In this document: positions 16,185 to 25,992 of the stretch, in pieces
Layout: every line of letters starts with the position of its first letter
Position numbering within the stretch: position 1 is the first letter of the stretch
Source: Candidatus Cloacimonadaceae bacterium
GTDB lineage: Bacteria; Cloacimonadota; Cloacimonadia; Cloacimonadales; TCS61
Length of the DNA stretch: 64,000 nucleotides
Reading direction: 5' to 3'
NCBI GenBank assembly: GCA_942491655.1
Contig: CALOBL010000006.1
Location: 98,126-162,125, forward strand
Translations under genes and position numbers: made by a program
The notes under the pieces: model-generated
The model's input: the letters and a program-made list of their open reading frames with translations, nothing else
The model's database searches: none
Told to the model about the DNA's origin: nothing

Positions 16185-19100
16185 TTATTCACAGTCCACA
16201 CAGTCGTCATATTTCTCATGTTGTTTGAATCGGGTCAGGCCAAGTTTTCCAAACAGTGAATCGACCAGAGAATAGATCACCGGAATCACGAACAGAGTTA
16301 ATATGGTGGCAAAGGCCAGTCCGAAAGCGATACTTACAGCCATGGGTTTATAGTCGGAAGTTGTACTGGAATTTGATATAATGATCGGCATGAATCCGGC
16401 AATTGTTGTAACAGTTGTCATGATGATAGGACGCAATCTGACAGCGCCGGCATTGATCAGTGAATTCCAGCGGTCAGTTCCGGCGGCTCTTTCCCGATTT
16501 ACGAAATCGACCAGCACCAGTGCATCGTTAACTACAACACCCGCCAGAGCCACAACTGAGATCATGGTCATCATGGAGAATGGCAGGCCGGTTACAAGCA
16601 GCCCGAAGACAACTCCGATAAAAGCAAAGGGAATGGTAACCATAACAATAATGGGCTGTACAACAGATTTGAACTGAGTTGCCAGGATAGTAAAGACAAG
16701 CAGAAGCGCTACACCAAAGGCAAAGTACAGGGATTTATTTGTTTCTCTCTGCTGCTCAGCCTGTCCACCTGTTTCCAGCTGATATCCGGGAAATCTTTCA
16801 GAAAAGTCGGATAGAATTCCCCTGGTACCGGTAAGAGAATTACCCATCAGGATTTCATTAACTTCATCGGAAGATCGCTCTAATGTACGACCATTTTCCT
16901 GATAATTAGTAACTGAACCTGTAACAGAGATTATTCTTTTTCTATCGCGATGCTGGATCTGGGCATACCCGGAGCCGATTTCAAGGTCGGCGACTTCTTT
17001 TAAGGCGATAACGTCTCCATTAATTGTTCGGATGGGAATATTCTCGAGGTCATAGATATCTTCTATCTGATCATCCTGAACTCTGAGGACAATATCGTAC
17101 TCATCCATTCCTGACCCACGGAATTTGGAAATATATGCGCCATAGGAGGCGTAGTTTACCAGAGATGAAATGGATTGAACCGTTAAACCATAATACATCA
17201 TTTTCTCGTATTTAGGAATAATTCTAATTTCTTTCTTTCCTTCGGAAAAGCTGGTCTCCAGATCGGTAGTTCCAGGTATTTTCTCGATTTCAGAAATGAC
17301 ATACTGACCAATTTCCTCAAGTCGTGTAAGATCATCTCCTTTTATCCTTAATTCAATATCATTTCCGGTAGGAGCACCTCCCCGCTGACCTGTTAAAAAG
17401 CGGTAGTTATAAAGACCTGAAACAGTTTCCAGATATTTTCTGATCCTGTTCTTGATCTGGTCGTGAGAGAACTGCATATTGTCCAGTTCCACCAGGTCTA
17501 TTTTTATAGAGGCATTACGTGTCTCCACTTGATCCCGGAAATTTTCTCGATATTGTCCAACCGTGCTTACAATAGCTTCTATGTCTTCCTTTTCTGGAAT
17601 TTCCATAATAAAATTTTCGATCTGAGTTACTACTTCATCAGTTTTCTCCAGGCTGGTTCCGGTAGGAGTCTGAAGATTGAGAACAATAGTTTGAGGAGTG
17701 CCTCTGGAGAAGAACTGGAATTTTACCAATCCCGAGAATAAGGCAAATACTGAAAGGATGAGTGCAATAATGAGGGCCAGAATGGAGAGCAACCGGTGTT
17801 TCAAGACCCGTTTCACCGACTTACGGTAATTTTTCACCAGCCAGTCGTGGAGTTTATGTCCCTTTTCTTTTCTGTTGATGGATTTTTTACCGCTTAGTTC
17901 GGCGACGTGAGAAGGCAGTATTACCAGACTTTCAAAGAGAGATGCCAGTAAGGCCATAGAAACAACAATAGGGAAAACGCTCATAAATTTCCCCAGGGTT
18001 CCTTCCATAAGCAGAAGCGGCATAAAGGCAGCGATCGTAGTTGCAACTGCTGCGATAACCGGCCACATAATTTCTTGAGTGCCTTTTATGGCTGCTTCAC
18101 GGGGGCTCATCCCCATTTCCCGATAACGGTGAATATTCTCCAGCACAATGATGGCATCATCTACTATCATTCCTAGAACCAGGATCAGTCCGAAGAGGCT
18201 GAGGTTATTAAGAGTGACATCCAATTGATTGATAAGAATAAAGGCCAGCAGGAAGCTGAAGGGAATACCCCAGGCAGCGAACAATGAGTTCTTCCAGCCG
18301 ATGAAGATCCAGAGAACTATAAAAACCAGCAGGATACCCATGAGGGCATTACCGCCAAGGGTATTCAGGCTGTTGCGCACTCTTATAGAGCCATCGTTAC
18401 GGACTTCTACGGATAGTCCGTCCAGACGTGTTTCAAACTCTGCTGCTTTTTCCCTGACCTCTTTCATAACGCTAATTATGTTGCCGCTGGCTTTTTTGAA
18501 AATATCCAGCGTTACAGCTTTTTCGCTGTTCAGCTTACTGATGGTATTAGATTCTTCCAGGGTATCAATAACTGTTGCCACGTTTTTAATTTTAACAGTG
18601 CTGCCACTGGCGTCCATTTTTACAACCAGATCACCGATCTGTTCAATATTATCAAATTCTCCCATTGTTCTAATCAGGAATTCGGCATATCCTACCTTAA
18701 TTGAACCGCCGGGAGCATTCCGGTTTCTCATGTTAATGGCATTCGCCAGATCGGTAAGTGAGATATTATATTTTTCAAGTTTATCGATATTGCTGTTTAT
18801 CCAGATCTGTCTGTCCCTTGTTCCAGCAATTTCTACTTTAGAAATATAATCCAATCCCAGGATTTCATCTTTAAAATCATCTGCCAGTTCGCGAAGTGCA
18901 TTGTCTGAAAGGTCTCCTCCCAGTGCAACTGTGCAGATCTCGTTAACTTCTCTCATCTTAAGTTGGAGCAGATAAGGATCATCGGCATCAGCAGGCAGGT
19001 CATTCACCTTATCCATTTCTGTATTAAGATCATTCCAGGCTTTATCGATATCTGCTTTGGGATCCATTTGTATATAGATCACAGCTCGACCCTCGGATGC

Positions 19101-19376
19101 GGTAGAGGTCATGTAATCCACATCTTCCAAATCGGTTAACTGATCTTCAATTTTTTTTACAACGAGTTTTTCAATCTCTGCAGGAGATACTCCCCGGTAA
19201 CTTACCATTATGTAAAATGCTCCGAAATCAACAGCCGGGGCTTCTTCTTTCGGTATATTTATCAAGGTGTATATCCCGAATATGAAGACGATTATCATGA
19301 TCATATTTATTAATACACCATTATCTACTGAAAATTTTGCCAATGACATGTTTTCTCCCTTCTTAATTAAGCTCAA
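16185..19376 (-). CDS. RND efflux transporter permease (AcrB/HAE family)
   Basis: 1063 aa with 12-TM RND layout. Hallmark GMIVDDAIIVLENIHRY and the second-half equivalent VVNDALVLVDFVN are present. Confidence 0.9.
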   Translation of the reverse strand: MSLIKKGENMSLAKFSVDNGVLINMIMIIVFIFGIYTLINIPKEEAPAVDFGAFYIMVSYRGVSPAEIEKLVVKKIEDQLTDLEDVDYMTSTASEGRAVIYIQMDPKADIDKAWNDLNTEMDKVNDLPADADDPYLLQLKMREVNEICTVALGGDLSDNALRELADDFKDEILGLDYISKVEIAGTRDRQIWINSNIDKLEKYNISLTDLANAINMRNRNAPGGSIKVGYAEFLIRTMGEFDNIEQIGDLVVKMDASGSTVKIKNVATVIDTLEESNTISKLNSEKAVTLDIFKKASGNIISVMKEVREKAAEFETRLDGLSVEVRNDGSIRVRNSLNTLGGNALMGILLVFIVLWIFIGWKNSLFAAWGIPFSFLLAFILINQLDVTLNNLSLFGLILVLGMIVDDAIIVLENIHRYREMGMSPREAAIKGTQEIMWPVIAAVATTIAAFMPLLLMEGTLGKFMSVFPIVVSMALLASLFESLVILPSHVAELSGKKSINRKEKGHKLHDWLVKNYRKSVKRVLKHRLLSILALIIALILSVFALFSGLVKFQFFSRGTPQTIVLNLQTPTGTSLEKTDEVVTQIENFIMEIPEKEDIEAIVSTVGQYRENFRDQVETRNASIKIDLVELDNMQFSHDQIKNRIRKYLETVSGLYNYRFLTGQRGGAPTGNDIELRIKGDDLTRLEEIGQYVISEIEKIPGTTDLETSFSEGKKEIRIIPKYEKMMYYGLTVQSISSLVNYASYGAYISKFRGSGMDEYDIVLRVQDDQIEDIYDLENIPIRTINGDVIALKEVADLEIGSGYAQIQHRDRKRIISVTGSVTNYQENGRTLERSSDEVNEILMGNSLTGTRGILSDFSERFPGYQLETGGQAEQQRETNKSLYFAFGVALLLVFTILATQFKSVVQPIIVMVTIPFAFIGVVFGLLVTGLPFSMMTMISVVALAGVVVNDALVLVDFVNRERAAGTDRWNSLINAGAVRLRPIIMTTVTTIAGFMPIIISNSSTTSDYKPMAVSIAFGLAFATILTLFVIPVIYSLVDSLFGKLGLTRFKQHEKYDDCVDCE

Positions 19377-20457
19377 ATCCGGTTTTAACTTCCACCAGGG
19401 ATCCGTTTGAAATACTATCTATGCCATCTATAACCAGTTTGTCGCCGGGATTTAAGCCTGAAGTAATAATGACATTATTGGCGATTTTCTCACCAATTTC
19501 AATTATTCTTAATTCTGCCCGGTTTTCGGAATTGACAACATAGACAAAATCCTGGTCGTATTTTTCCCGTAAATTTTCTATGGAAGTATATATCACATCC
19601 CGGTAGGTACCTGTATGAATGTTACCCGTCACGATCATGCCGGGCAGGAGCTTCATATCGGTATTCTCAAATTCGATCTCAACAGGATAATTATTACCGC
19701 CAGTAACCGGTTTGATACCAATGCCGACAACGTAAGCCAGGTATTCATGATCATTGTACATTATTGATACATCGTTTCCTTTTTTTACAAAAGATATATC
19801 GGATTCACCAACACCTGATTTAATAATTAACCGTTTGTTGTTAACAATATTGGCAACAACCTTACCCATGGAAATATACTCACCGTTCTTCAGATTCAAT
19901 TCAGAAATATAGCCGGAAACTGGAGCTGTGAATTGTGAGTTCTGCATAGCTTTTCTGGAACTTTCAACGGCTGCAGATGAACCTTTTAACATTGCTTCGG
20001 CAGATTTAAAGGAACTTTTAGCCTGAAGAAACTCGGTTTCCGAGATCTTCCTGTTGTTGTAGAGAGATTCTGATACCTGCATTTGAATTGTCGCTGTTTC
20101 AAAGGCCGATTCGGCTGCCAGAAAATTAGCTTCAGCCTGATGGAATTGATTCAGATAATCAGAATTATCAATGCGCCCGAGCGATTCTCCGGCATTGATC
20201 CAATCACCCAGTTTTTTATTAATAGAGACAATTTTGCCTGAAGTTTCACTGATCACAGTGACATCCGTAATGCCTTCCAGCTTTCCGGTAATTCTAATGT
20301 ATTTTTCCAGATCGCCGGGTACGATTTCCTGAATGAGAACAGTTATGGCTTTTTCCTGTACCTCATCTTTTTGAAAAGGTTTACCACCATTTCCATTAGA
20401 ACAGGAAGTAACCAATAGAATGATCAAGATTGCTATTATTAAATTAATATTTTTCAT
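19363..20457 (-). CDS. RND efflux periplasmic adaptor (membrane fusion protein), lipoprotein
   Basis: 364 aa. Lipobox LLVTSC. Coiled-coil hairpin plus beta-barrel pattern typical of the HlyD/MFP family. Overlaps the RND start. Confidence 0.85.
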   Translation of the reverse strand: MKNINLIIAILIILLVTSCSNGNGGKPFQKDEVQEKAITVLIQEIVPGDLEKYIRITGKLEGITDVTVISETSGKIVSINKKLGDWINAGESLGRIDNSDYLNQFHQAEANFLAAESAFETATIQMQVSESLYNNRKISETEFLQAKSSFKSAEAMLKGSSAAVESSRKAMQNSQFTAPVSGYISELNLKNGEYISMGKVVANIVNNKRLIIKSGVGESDISFVKKGNDVSIMYNDHEYLAYVVGIGIKPVTGGNNYPVEIEFENTDMKLLPGMIVTGNIHTGTYRDVIYTSIENLREKYDQDFVYVVNSENRAELRIIEIGEKIANNVIITSGLNPGDKLVIDGIDSISNGSLVEVKTGFELN

Positions 20458-20470
20458 TTTATACCTCTCG

Positions 20471-21790
20471 CTATTTTATATAATCTTCTAGAATATTATC
20501 AGCTTCAATTCCGGTCTGTAATCTAAGCTCAGATCTGGCTCTAAGGAAATCATAAATACTGGTTACATTCTGATTTTGAGCAGAAGTATACATGATCTCG
20601 GCAGAAAGTAGATCGTTGGAAGAGATGAGTCCGGAAGAGAATCTTTCCTGCATTTGCAGATAGGTTTCTTCGGCGTAATTCAGAGCCAGCTGGGAAGAAT
20701 TTACGGTTTTTGCGGCAGTGATAAGATTAAGGACAGTACTTTTAAGTCCCAGTTTAATGTTGTCTTCAGCGGATGTGAAGTCGTAGCGGGATCTTTTTAG
20801 CTGATAATTTGCCTGAGCCACTTCTAGACCGTTATCAATAATCGGAAAGATAGGCACAGAAAGGTAAATTCCCAGTTGCCCGGAATCATTGTATTCATCT
20901 TCAAAATCATATTTGATCCAGTTTTTAGAATACTGCAGGTTCAGGGAAGGGAGGAATTTTCCGGCCGCCATTAGAAGGCTTTTCTGTGAGCTTTTAACAG
21001 CCAGTTCAGAGATCTTCAGAGCCGGGCTTCCTTCTAAACCGGTATTTAGAATGGAATTTAATAATCTTTCTAATTGATCAGGATCGCTTTCCTGCAGGTA
21101 GGCAAGAACAAATTGATGTTCTGTCAGATCAATTTCTTCCAGAGCATCAATTTCCGGTAGCTGCAGGAAGTTTGCCAGGCTTAGAAGACTGATACTGTAG
21201 AGATTTTCCATTTGCAGAAGGCTGATTTCTTTTGCTGCCTGTTCGGATTGCAGGTTTAGGAGATCTGCCCGTGAAAGATTGCCGTTATCGTATTTGATCT
21301 GAGCTATTTCCAGATTGGTTGCGGCACTTTCCAAACTTTTCCGGGAAATTTCCAGAAGAGCTTTATTTTGTAGCACAGAAAAGTATTTTGATTCGACTTC
21401 GGAAAGGGTTGAAAGTCTGGTACTTTTAAGCGTTTCCTGTGATATTTTGTAGGCGTCGTGGCTTAGCCTGCTTCCCAGCCAGATACTGCCGCCGTTGAAA
21501 ATGGGCTGACTAATGGTGATACCGTAAGTTTTGTATTCTTCTACTGCGTTCATACCAATCTGGGTCGCTTCATCATAAATTGTGTAACCTCCGCTGAGAT
21601 CAGCTGACGGAATAAGCCCAAGCAGGGACTGCCAGTAACTGGCCTTGGAGCTTTTTGTAGTATTTTCCTGGGCTAACAATTTCGGGTTATTCTGCAGGGC
21701 CAATTCTCTTGCTTCAGATAAACTAAGGGAATAGCTTAGGCTGGGCAGAAGAATTAGTGATAGAAGTATTATTGCTGCTGTTCTTTTCAT
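20471..21790 (-). CDS. TolC-like outer-membrane efflux protein
   Basis: 439 aa with a signal peptide and two OEP-type repeats. Sits first in the structural part of the efflux operon. Confidence 0.85.
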   Translation of the reverse strand: MKRTAAIILLSLILLPSLSYSLSLSEARELALQNNPKLLAQENTTKSSKASYWQSLLGLIPSADLSGGYTIYDEATQIGMNAVEEYKTYGITISQPIFNGGSIWLGSRLSHDAYKISQETLKSTRLSTLSEVESKYFSVLQNKALLEISRKSLESAATNLEIAQIKYDNGNLSRADLLNLQSEQAAKEISLLQMENLYSISLLSLANFLQLPEIDALEEIDLTEHQFVLAYLQESDPDQLERLLNSILNTGLEGSPALKISELAVKSSQKSLLMAAGKFLPSLNLQYSKNWIKYDFEDEYNDSGQLGIYLSVPIFPIIDNGLEVAQANYQLKRSRYDFTSAEDNIKLGLKSTVLNLITAAKTVNSSQLALNYAEETYLQMQERFSSGLISSNDLLSAEIMYTSAQNQNVTSIYDFLRARSELRLQTGIEADNILEDYIK

Positions 21791-22365
21791 TTTTCATCCT
21801 CTTGTCTAAAAAATTTCCTGTTTTCAGGTTTTATTGCCTCGATTAGCATTTGATCCATGGCCTTGTTATCGGTATCATGTATATTCTGTCCCATTTCCAT
21901 TAATATCCTCATAAAAAAAGGAATATCCTGCCAGTCTTTATGTTTTTTTAATTGATCATGTTTTCTGGCTTGATATTCTTTATGCTCTTCAAGGCATTTC
22001 TTTCTTTTATTTATTATATTGATAAATTCATCTCTGCTAAAACCGCCATCCATAAATGAAATGGACAGCCAGAAATCTTTGGGATCAATCTCGGCGCTGG
22101 CATAATGGTGAATTAGATCAATAAAATAATTATTACCTTTATCTGTAAGGTGATAAACGATCTTGGGCGGATTATTGCCTTCCACCTTCTTCTCTCCTTC
22201 AATATGACCGGAATTTTCCAGGCGTTGCAAAGCTTTATAAATTGAGGGCATCTTAATTTCAGCCCAGCTGTCCAGATGGTGTTCTTTCAACCACTGGATA
22301 ATTTCGTAGCCATACATTGGTTTTTTCCTGAGAAAGCCAAGTACGACCAGGTCTGATTTATTCAT
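21787..22365 (-). CDS. PadR-family transcriptional regulator
   Basis: 192 aa. The N-terminal winged-helix region LVVLGFLRKKPMYGYEIIQWLKE...SIYKALQRLENSGHI is typical PadR. The stop overlaps the tolC-like start (ATGA). Confidence 0.85.
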   Translation of the reverse strand: MNKSDLVVLGFLRKKPMYGYEIIQWLKEHHLDSWAEIKMPSIYKALQRLENSGHIEGEKKVEGNNPPKIVYHLTDKGNNYFIDLIHHYASAEIDPKDFWLSISFMDGGFSRDEFINIINKRKKCLEEHKEYQARKHDQLKKHKDWQDIPFFMRILMEMGQNIHDTDNKAMDQMLIEAIKPENRKFFRQEDEK

Positions 22366-22460
22366 TATTACCTCTCCACAAAATCAGGACATTGATTATC
22401 TCATATGCCATTATTTAATTTTCTAATATCATAAAATTAATTATTGGAAATTAGAATAAT

Positions 22461-22488
22461 ATATTAATCGGGAATAGTATATTGTCAA
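22461..22488 (-). promoter_or_regulatory. Sigma-70-like promoter candidate for the padR-efflux operon
   Basis: The minus strand reads TTGACA-(16 nt)-TAATAT, about 95 nt upstream of the padR ATG. This is a sequence match only. The promoter consensus of this organism is unknown. Confidence 0.3.
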
Positions 22489-22532
22489 ATATTATAACTT
22501 ACAATAACAAAAAAAGATGATTACTGGCTTGA

Positions 22533-23279
22533 TCAGACAGTAAATTTTCTGATAAAATCGATACTTTGCTTTGCGATTATGTCTTTGTCATAATCCAGGG
22601 TTGCTACATGAAAGGAGTTCTCCAACCAGACAATTTCTTTCTGGGGGGAAGAGATCATTTCATGAGTATAGGTTGTGCTTCGTTTAGGAACCAAATGATC
22701 TTGTCTGGATTTGAACATCAATACCGGCTGGGTTATTTTAGACAGATCCTTTCTAACTTCTTTATGTAAAAGCATCATCTGGTGTACACCTTCAGTAGAA
22801 GTTAGCTTATAACAAATTTCTTTGGAATTCGGATCTTTAATATCAGAACCAATTGCGGGAGTATATTTTACTATCCGTTTTATTAAAGGAACAAACCAGA
22901 ATTTTGGATGAGTAAATATACAAGTATGATTTATTAATATAATTCCCGAAATGTCAGAATGGAGTTGTGTGAGCCTTAATGCTAGCGCACCCCCTAATGA
23001 AAGACCACACAGGTATACTTTATCTACTCGTGATCTTAATTGCGAAAGCGCTAATTCCAGATGATCCAGCCAATCCTGGTAAACAGTATGATTAAGATCC
23101 TGCCATTTAGTACCATGTCCCGGCAAGCTTGGAAGTTCTACATGTAATTCTGCCTCAGAAAATTTGTCTGCAATATACTGCATACTGGAAGTGGTAGAGG
23201 TGAATCCATGAATGACTAATACGCCAATATTACTGGTGCCAATATTGGAAAAGGGTTGACTATGCTTTGTTAAGTCCAT
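22533..23279 (-). CDS. Alpha/beta hydrolase (carboxylesterase / monoacylglycerol-lipase-like)
   Basis: 248 aa. HGFTST oxyanion region, nucleophile elbow GLSLGG, C-terminal His (NSFHVATLD). Confidence 0.75.
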   Translation of the reverse strand: MDLTKHSQPFSNIGTSNIGVLVIHGFTSTTSSMQYIADKFSEAELHVELPSLPGHGTKWQDLNHTVYQDWLDHLELALSQLRSRVDKVYLCGLSLGGALALRLTQLHSDISGIILINHTCIFTHPKFWFVPLIKRIVKYTPAIGSDIKDPNSKEICYKLTSTEGVHQMMLLHKEVRKDLSKITQPVLMFKSRQDHLVPKRSTTYTHEMISSPQKEIVWLENSFHVATLDYDKDIIAKQSIDFIRKFTV

Positions 23280-23284
23280 ATTAC

Positions 23285-23395
23285 TCCTTTGTCTGAATCA
23301 TGATTTCCCGGCTTATTAGATTTCCAGGATAACCACATTTATGCAAGAAGTAATCCTGTTCATCATTAAAATCCTGTCTATCCTGCTTCCTGCCA
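23285..23395 (+). repeat. Repeat family G, copy 1 (~110 bp direct repeat)
   Basis: tcctttgtctgaatcatgatttcccggcttattagatttccaggataaccacatttatgcaagaagtaatcctgttcatcattaaaatcctgtctatcctgcttcctg. Confidence 0.8.
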
Positions 23396-23526
23396 TTTGT
23401 CTGAATCATGCATCCTATTCAGTATAAGTTAGCTGGTCGTCACTGTTGTCTCCTTTGTTGTCTTTAATTCCCGAATCCGATTTCCAGATTATTTGTTCAG
23501 TAATCATTAAAATCCTGTCTATCCTC

Positions 23527-23633
23527 TCCTTTGTCTGAATCATGATTTCCTGGATTATTTGATTTCCAGGATAACCACATTTATGCAAGAAGTAATCCTG
23601 TTCATCATTAAAATCCTGTTTATCCTGTTCCTG
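23527..23633 (+). repeat. Repeat family G, copy 2
   Basis: tcctttgtctgaatcatgatttcctggattatttgatttccaggataaccacatttatgcaagaagtaatcctgttcatcattaaaatcctgtttatcctgttcctg. It is about 95% identical to G1. A degenerate partial copy lies at 23450-23526. Confidence 0.8.
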
Positions 23634-23647
23634 ACGTTATTAAATTA

Positions 23648-25163
23648 TCAATCAATCCAATCCTTTGCTCGAGCTACTGCTTTTTTCCAGTTTCTGTATT
23701 CCCGGGAGCGGTCATTTTCATTCATTCTTGGTGTCCAGCGTTGATCTGCTTTCCAGATAGATTTAAGCGAAGCAACATCTTTCCAGAATCCAACTGCCAG
23801 TCCTGCTGCAAAGGCAGCTCCCAGAGCAGTTGTCTCGGTTATAACCGGTTTAATTACATCTACATTAAGAATATCAGCCTGAAACTGCATTAAAAGGTTG
23901 TTCGCAGTCATCCCGCCGTCCACTTTCAGGCTATTCAAAGGTAACCCGGAATCTTTATTAATTGCCTCAAAAACTTCCCGGGTCTGAAAAGCTGTAGCCT
24001 CAAGGACAGCCCTGGAAAGATGTTTCTTATTGATATAATGAGTTAAACCAATAATTGTTCCACGGGCACTACTATTCCAATGAGGTGCAAATAAACCGGA
24101 AAAGGCCGGTACAAAATAGACACCGCCATTGTCTTTGACTGAAGCGGCAAGTGCCTCGATCTCTTCTGAGCTTTTTATAATGTCAAAATTATCCCGCAGC
24201 CACTGCACCAGTGATCCGGCAATCGCAATTGAACCCTCCAGGGCATAACAGGCAGGTTCTTCGCCAATTTTGTAACCAACAGTTGTAAGTAATCCATTTT
24301 GGGATGTTATGGTTTTATTCCCGGTGTTCATTAACAGGAAACAACCTGTACCATAGGTGTTTTTGGCATCACCTGCATGGAAGCAGTTCTGCCCGAAAAG
24401 AGCTGCCTGCTGATCACCCAGGTCACCGCAAACCGGGATCTCCAATTTCAGAAAATCATCTTTTCTGGTAACACCATAGGTTTTGCTGTCTGAAGATGCT
24501 CTGATCTCTGGTAAAATCTCTGCAGGAATATGCATGATTTTCAACAGTTCAGGATCCCAGCTTAAAGATTGAATGTCCATCAGCAGGGTTCGGCTGGCAT
24601 TGGTTACATCGGTAATATGGGATCCACCTTTTCTGCCGCCTGTAAGATTCCAGATAAGCCAGCTGTCAATTGTTCCGAAAAGCAGTTCACCATTTGCGGC
24701 GGCCTTGTATAATTCAGGGTTATTATCCAGGATCCATTTGATCTTTGGTCCGGAAAAATAGGTGGCTGGTGGTAGGCCGGTTTTCTTCTGAAAGAACATT
24801 CTGTCGAACTTATTCTCAAGATCCTTGCAGATATCTGTGGTCCTGGTGTCCTGCCAGACAATGGCATTTTGATAAGGAATGACCTGTTTTGGGATTCCAC
24901 AGAACAGTAGTTTCTCTTTGATTTGTTATCCCCAAAGCGGCAATTTCTTTGCCGGGAATATGGTTCTCTTCCAGGACAGCTACAATTAAATTCCGGGTAT
25001 TATTCCAGATCTCCAGGGGATCGTGTTCAACATAACCGGGCTGGGGATAGACCTGTTTGTGTTCGACCTGGTTTGATGCTTTGATCCTGCCTTCCCGATC
25101 AAAGAGAATAAATCTGCTGCTGGTTGTTCCCTGATCGATAGCACCGACGTATTTTTCAGGCAT
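23648..25163 (-). pseudogene. glpK: Glycerol kinase, interrupted by one +1 frameshift (or sequencing indel)
   Basis: ORFs 24816..25163 (MPEKYVGAIDQGTTSSRFILF...[16 protein letters not shown]) and 23648..24799 together give a full GlpK. The missing segment [35 protein letters not shown] reads in a third frame. Removing one nt near 24881 restores [12 protein letters not shown]. Confidence 0.85.
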
Positions 25164-25181
25164 ATTATAGCTAAGACCAGC

Positions 25182-25481
25182 TTATTTAAGTTTTCCTGAA
25201 ATTACCGGATTATCTGGATTTACTCTGAATAACAGAGCTGTTTTTCCTATAATGTTGACGATTAGTGAATCTGTTGCTTCTGCCAGTTCCGAGATACATT
25301 CCTTGCGATAAGCTCTGTCCGGATTCTGGATGGATACCTTAACGAGTTCTCTGGCTTCCAGTGCTTCATTCAAACTGACTATCACGTTGTCTGTAACACC
25401 TTTATCACCTACTCGAACGATGACGTCAAAATTCTGTCCGACTGACTTTAGTTTTGCCTTCTGTTTTCCTTTAAGTTCCAT
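25182..25481 (-). CDS. yhbY: YhbY-like CRM-domain RNA-binding protein
   Basis: 99 aa. [44 protein letters not shown]...IGKTALLFR aligns by eye with E. coli YhbY. Confidence 0.8.
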   Translation of the reverse strand: MELKGKQKAKLKSVGQNFDVIVRVGDKGVTDNVIVSLNEALEARELVKVSIQNPDRAYRKECISELAEATDSLIVNIIGKTALLFRVNPDNPVISGKLK

Positions 25482-25991
25482 AATAATTCCTTAATATTTC
25501 TTGATAAACCTTAAAAATCTCATCATTAAAACAAGAGAAAACCACCTGTTGAATCATATTTGTCTTGTCCAGAAAATCTACCGTCTCCCTTACAGCGATA
25601 ACAGCTGCTCTTTCCAGTGGAAACCTATAAACACCACAGCTTATAGCAGGAAAGGCAATTGATCGGATACTGTTTTTTTGAGCCAGTTGCAGGCTGTTGT
25701 GGTAACAGGATGCCAGCAGTTCATCTTCATTATTATTACCTCCCTTCCAGATGGGACCAACTGTATGGATAACATATCTGGCGGGGAGTTTGTAACCGCG
25801 AGTGATCTTTGCTTCTCCGGTGAGGACATCCGTTAAGGGTAATGCACTCGGCCAACAGTTCGGGTCCGGCGGCCTTATGTATGGCTCCATCTACACCACC
25901 GCCTCCCAGAAGAGAATTATTGGCGGCATTTACTATAGCATCTACCTTGATTTTGGGTAATGTCTGCCTGCACAATTTTAATCTTGTTCAA
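25471..25991 (-). pseudogene. Macro-domain protein (YmdB/O-acetyl-ADP-ribose deacetylase-like) with two frameshifts (or indel errors)
   Basis: Three frames carry consecutive parts. (TTG)[12 protein letters not shown] is followed by [39 protein letters not shown], then [25 protein letters not shown]...[13 protein letters not shown]. The shifts lie at about 25949-25957 (A-run) and about 25819-25825. Confidence 0.75.
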
Positions 25992-25992
25992 A

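Noticed and set aside
23285-23633. Possible CRISPR array
   Set aside because: The repeat units are about 110 bp, far longer than CRISPR repeats. There are only two full copies, the sequence between them is itself a degenerate copy, and no cas genes are in the window.
24870-24895. Programmed ribosomal frameshifting or transcriptional slippage as an explanation for the split genes
   Set aside because: The shift sites share no slippery heptamer or downstream structure. They go in both directions (insertions and deletions). They hit unrelated genes, up to about 6 times in one gene. Indel error or decay is far more parsimonious.
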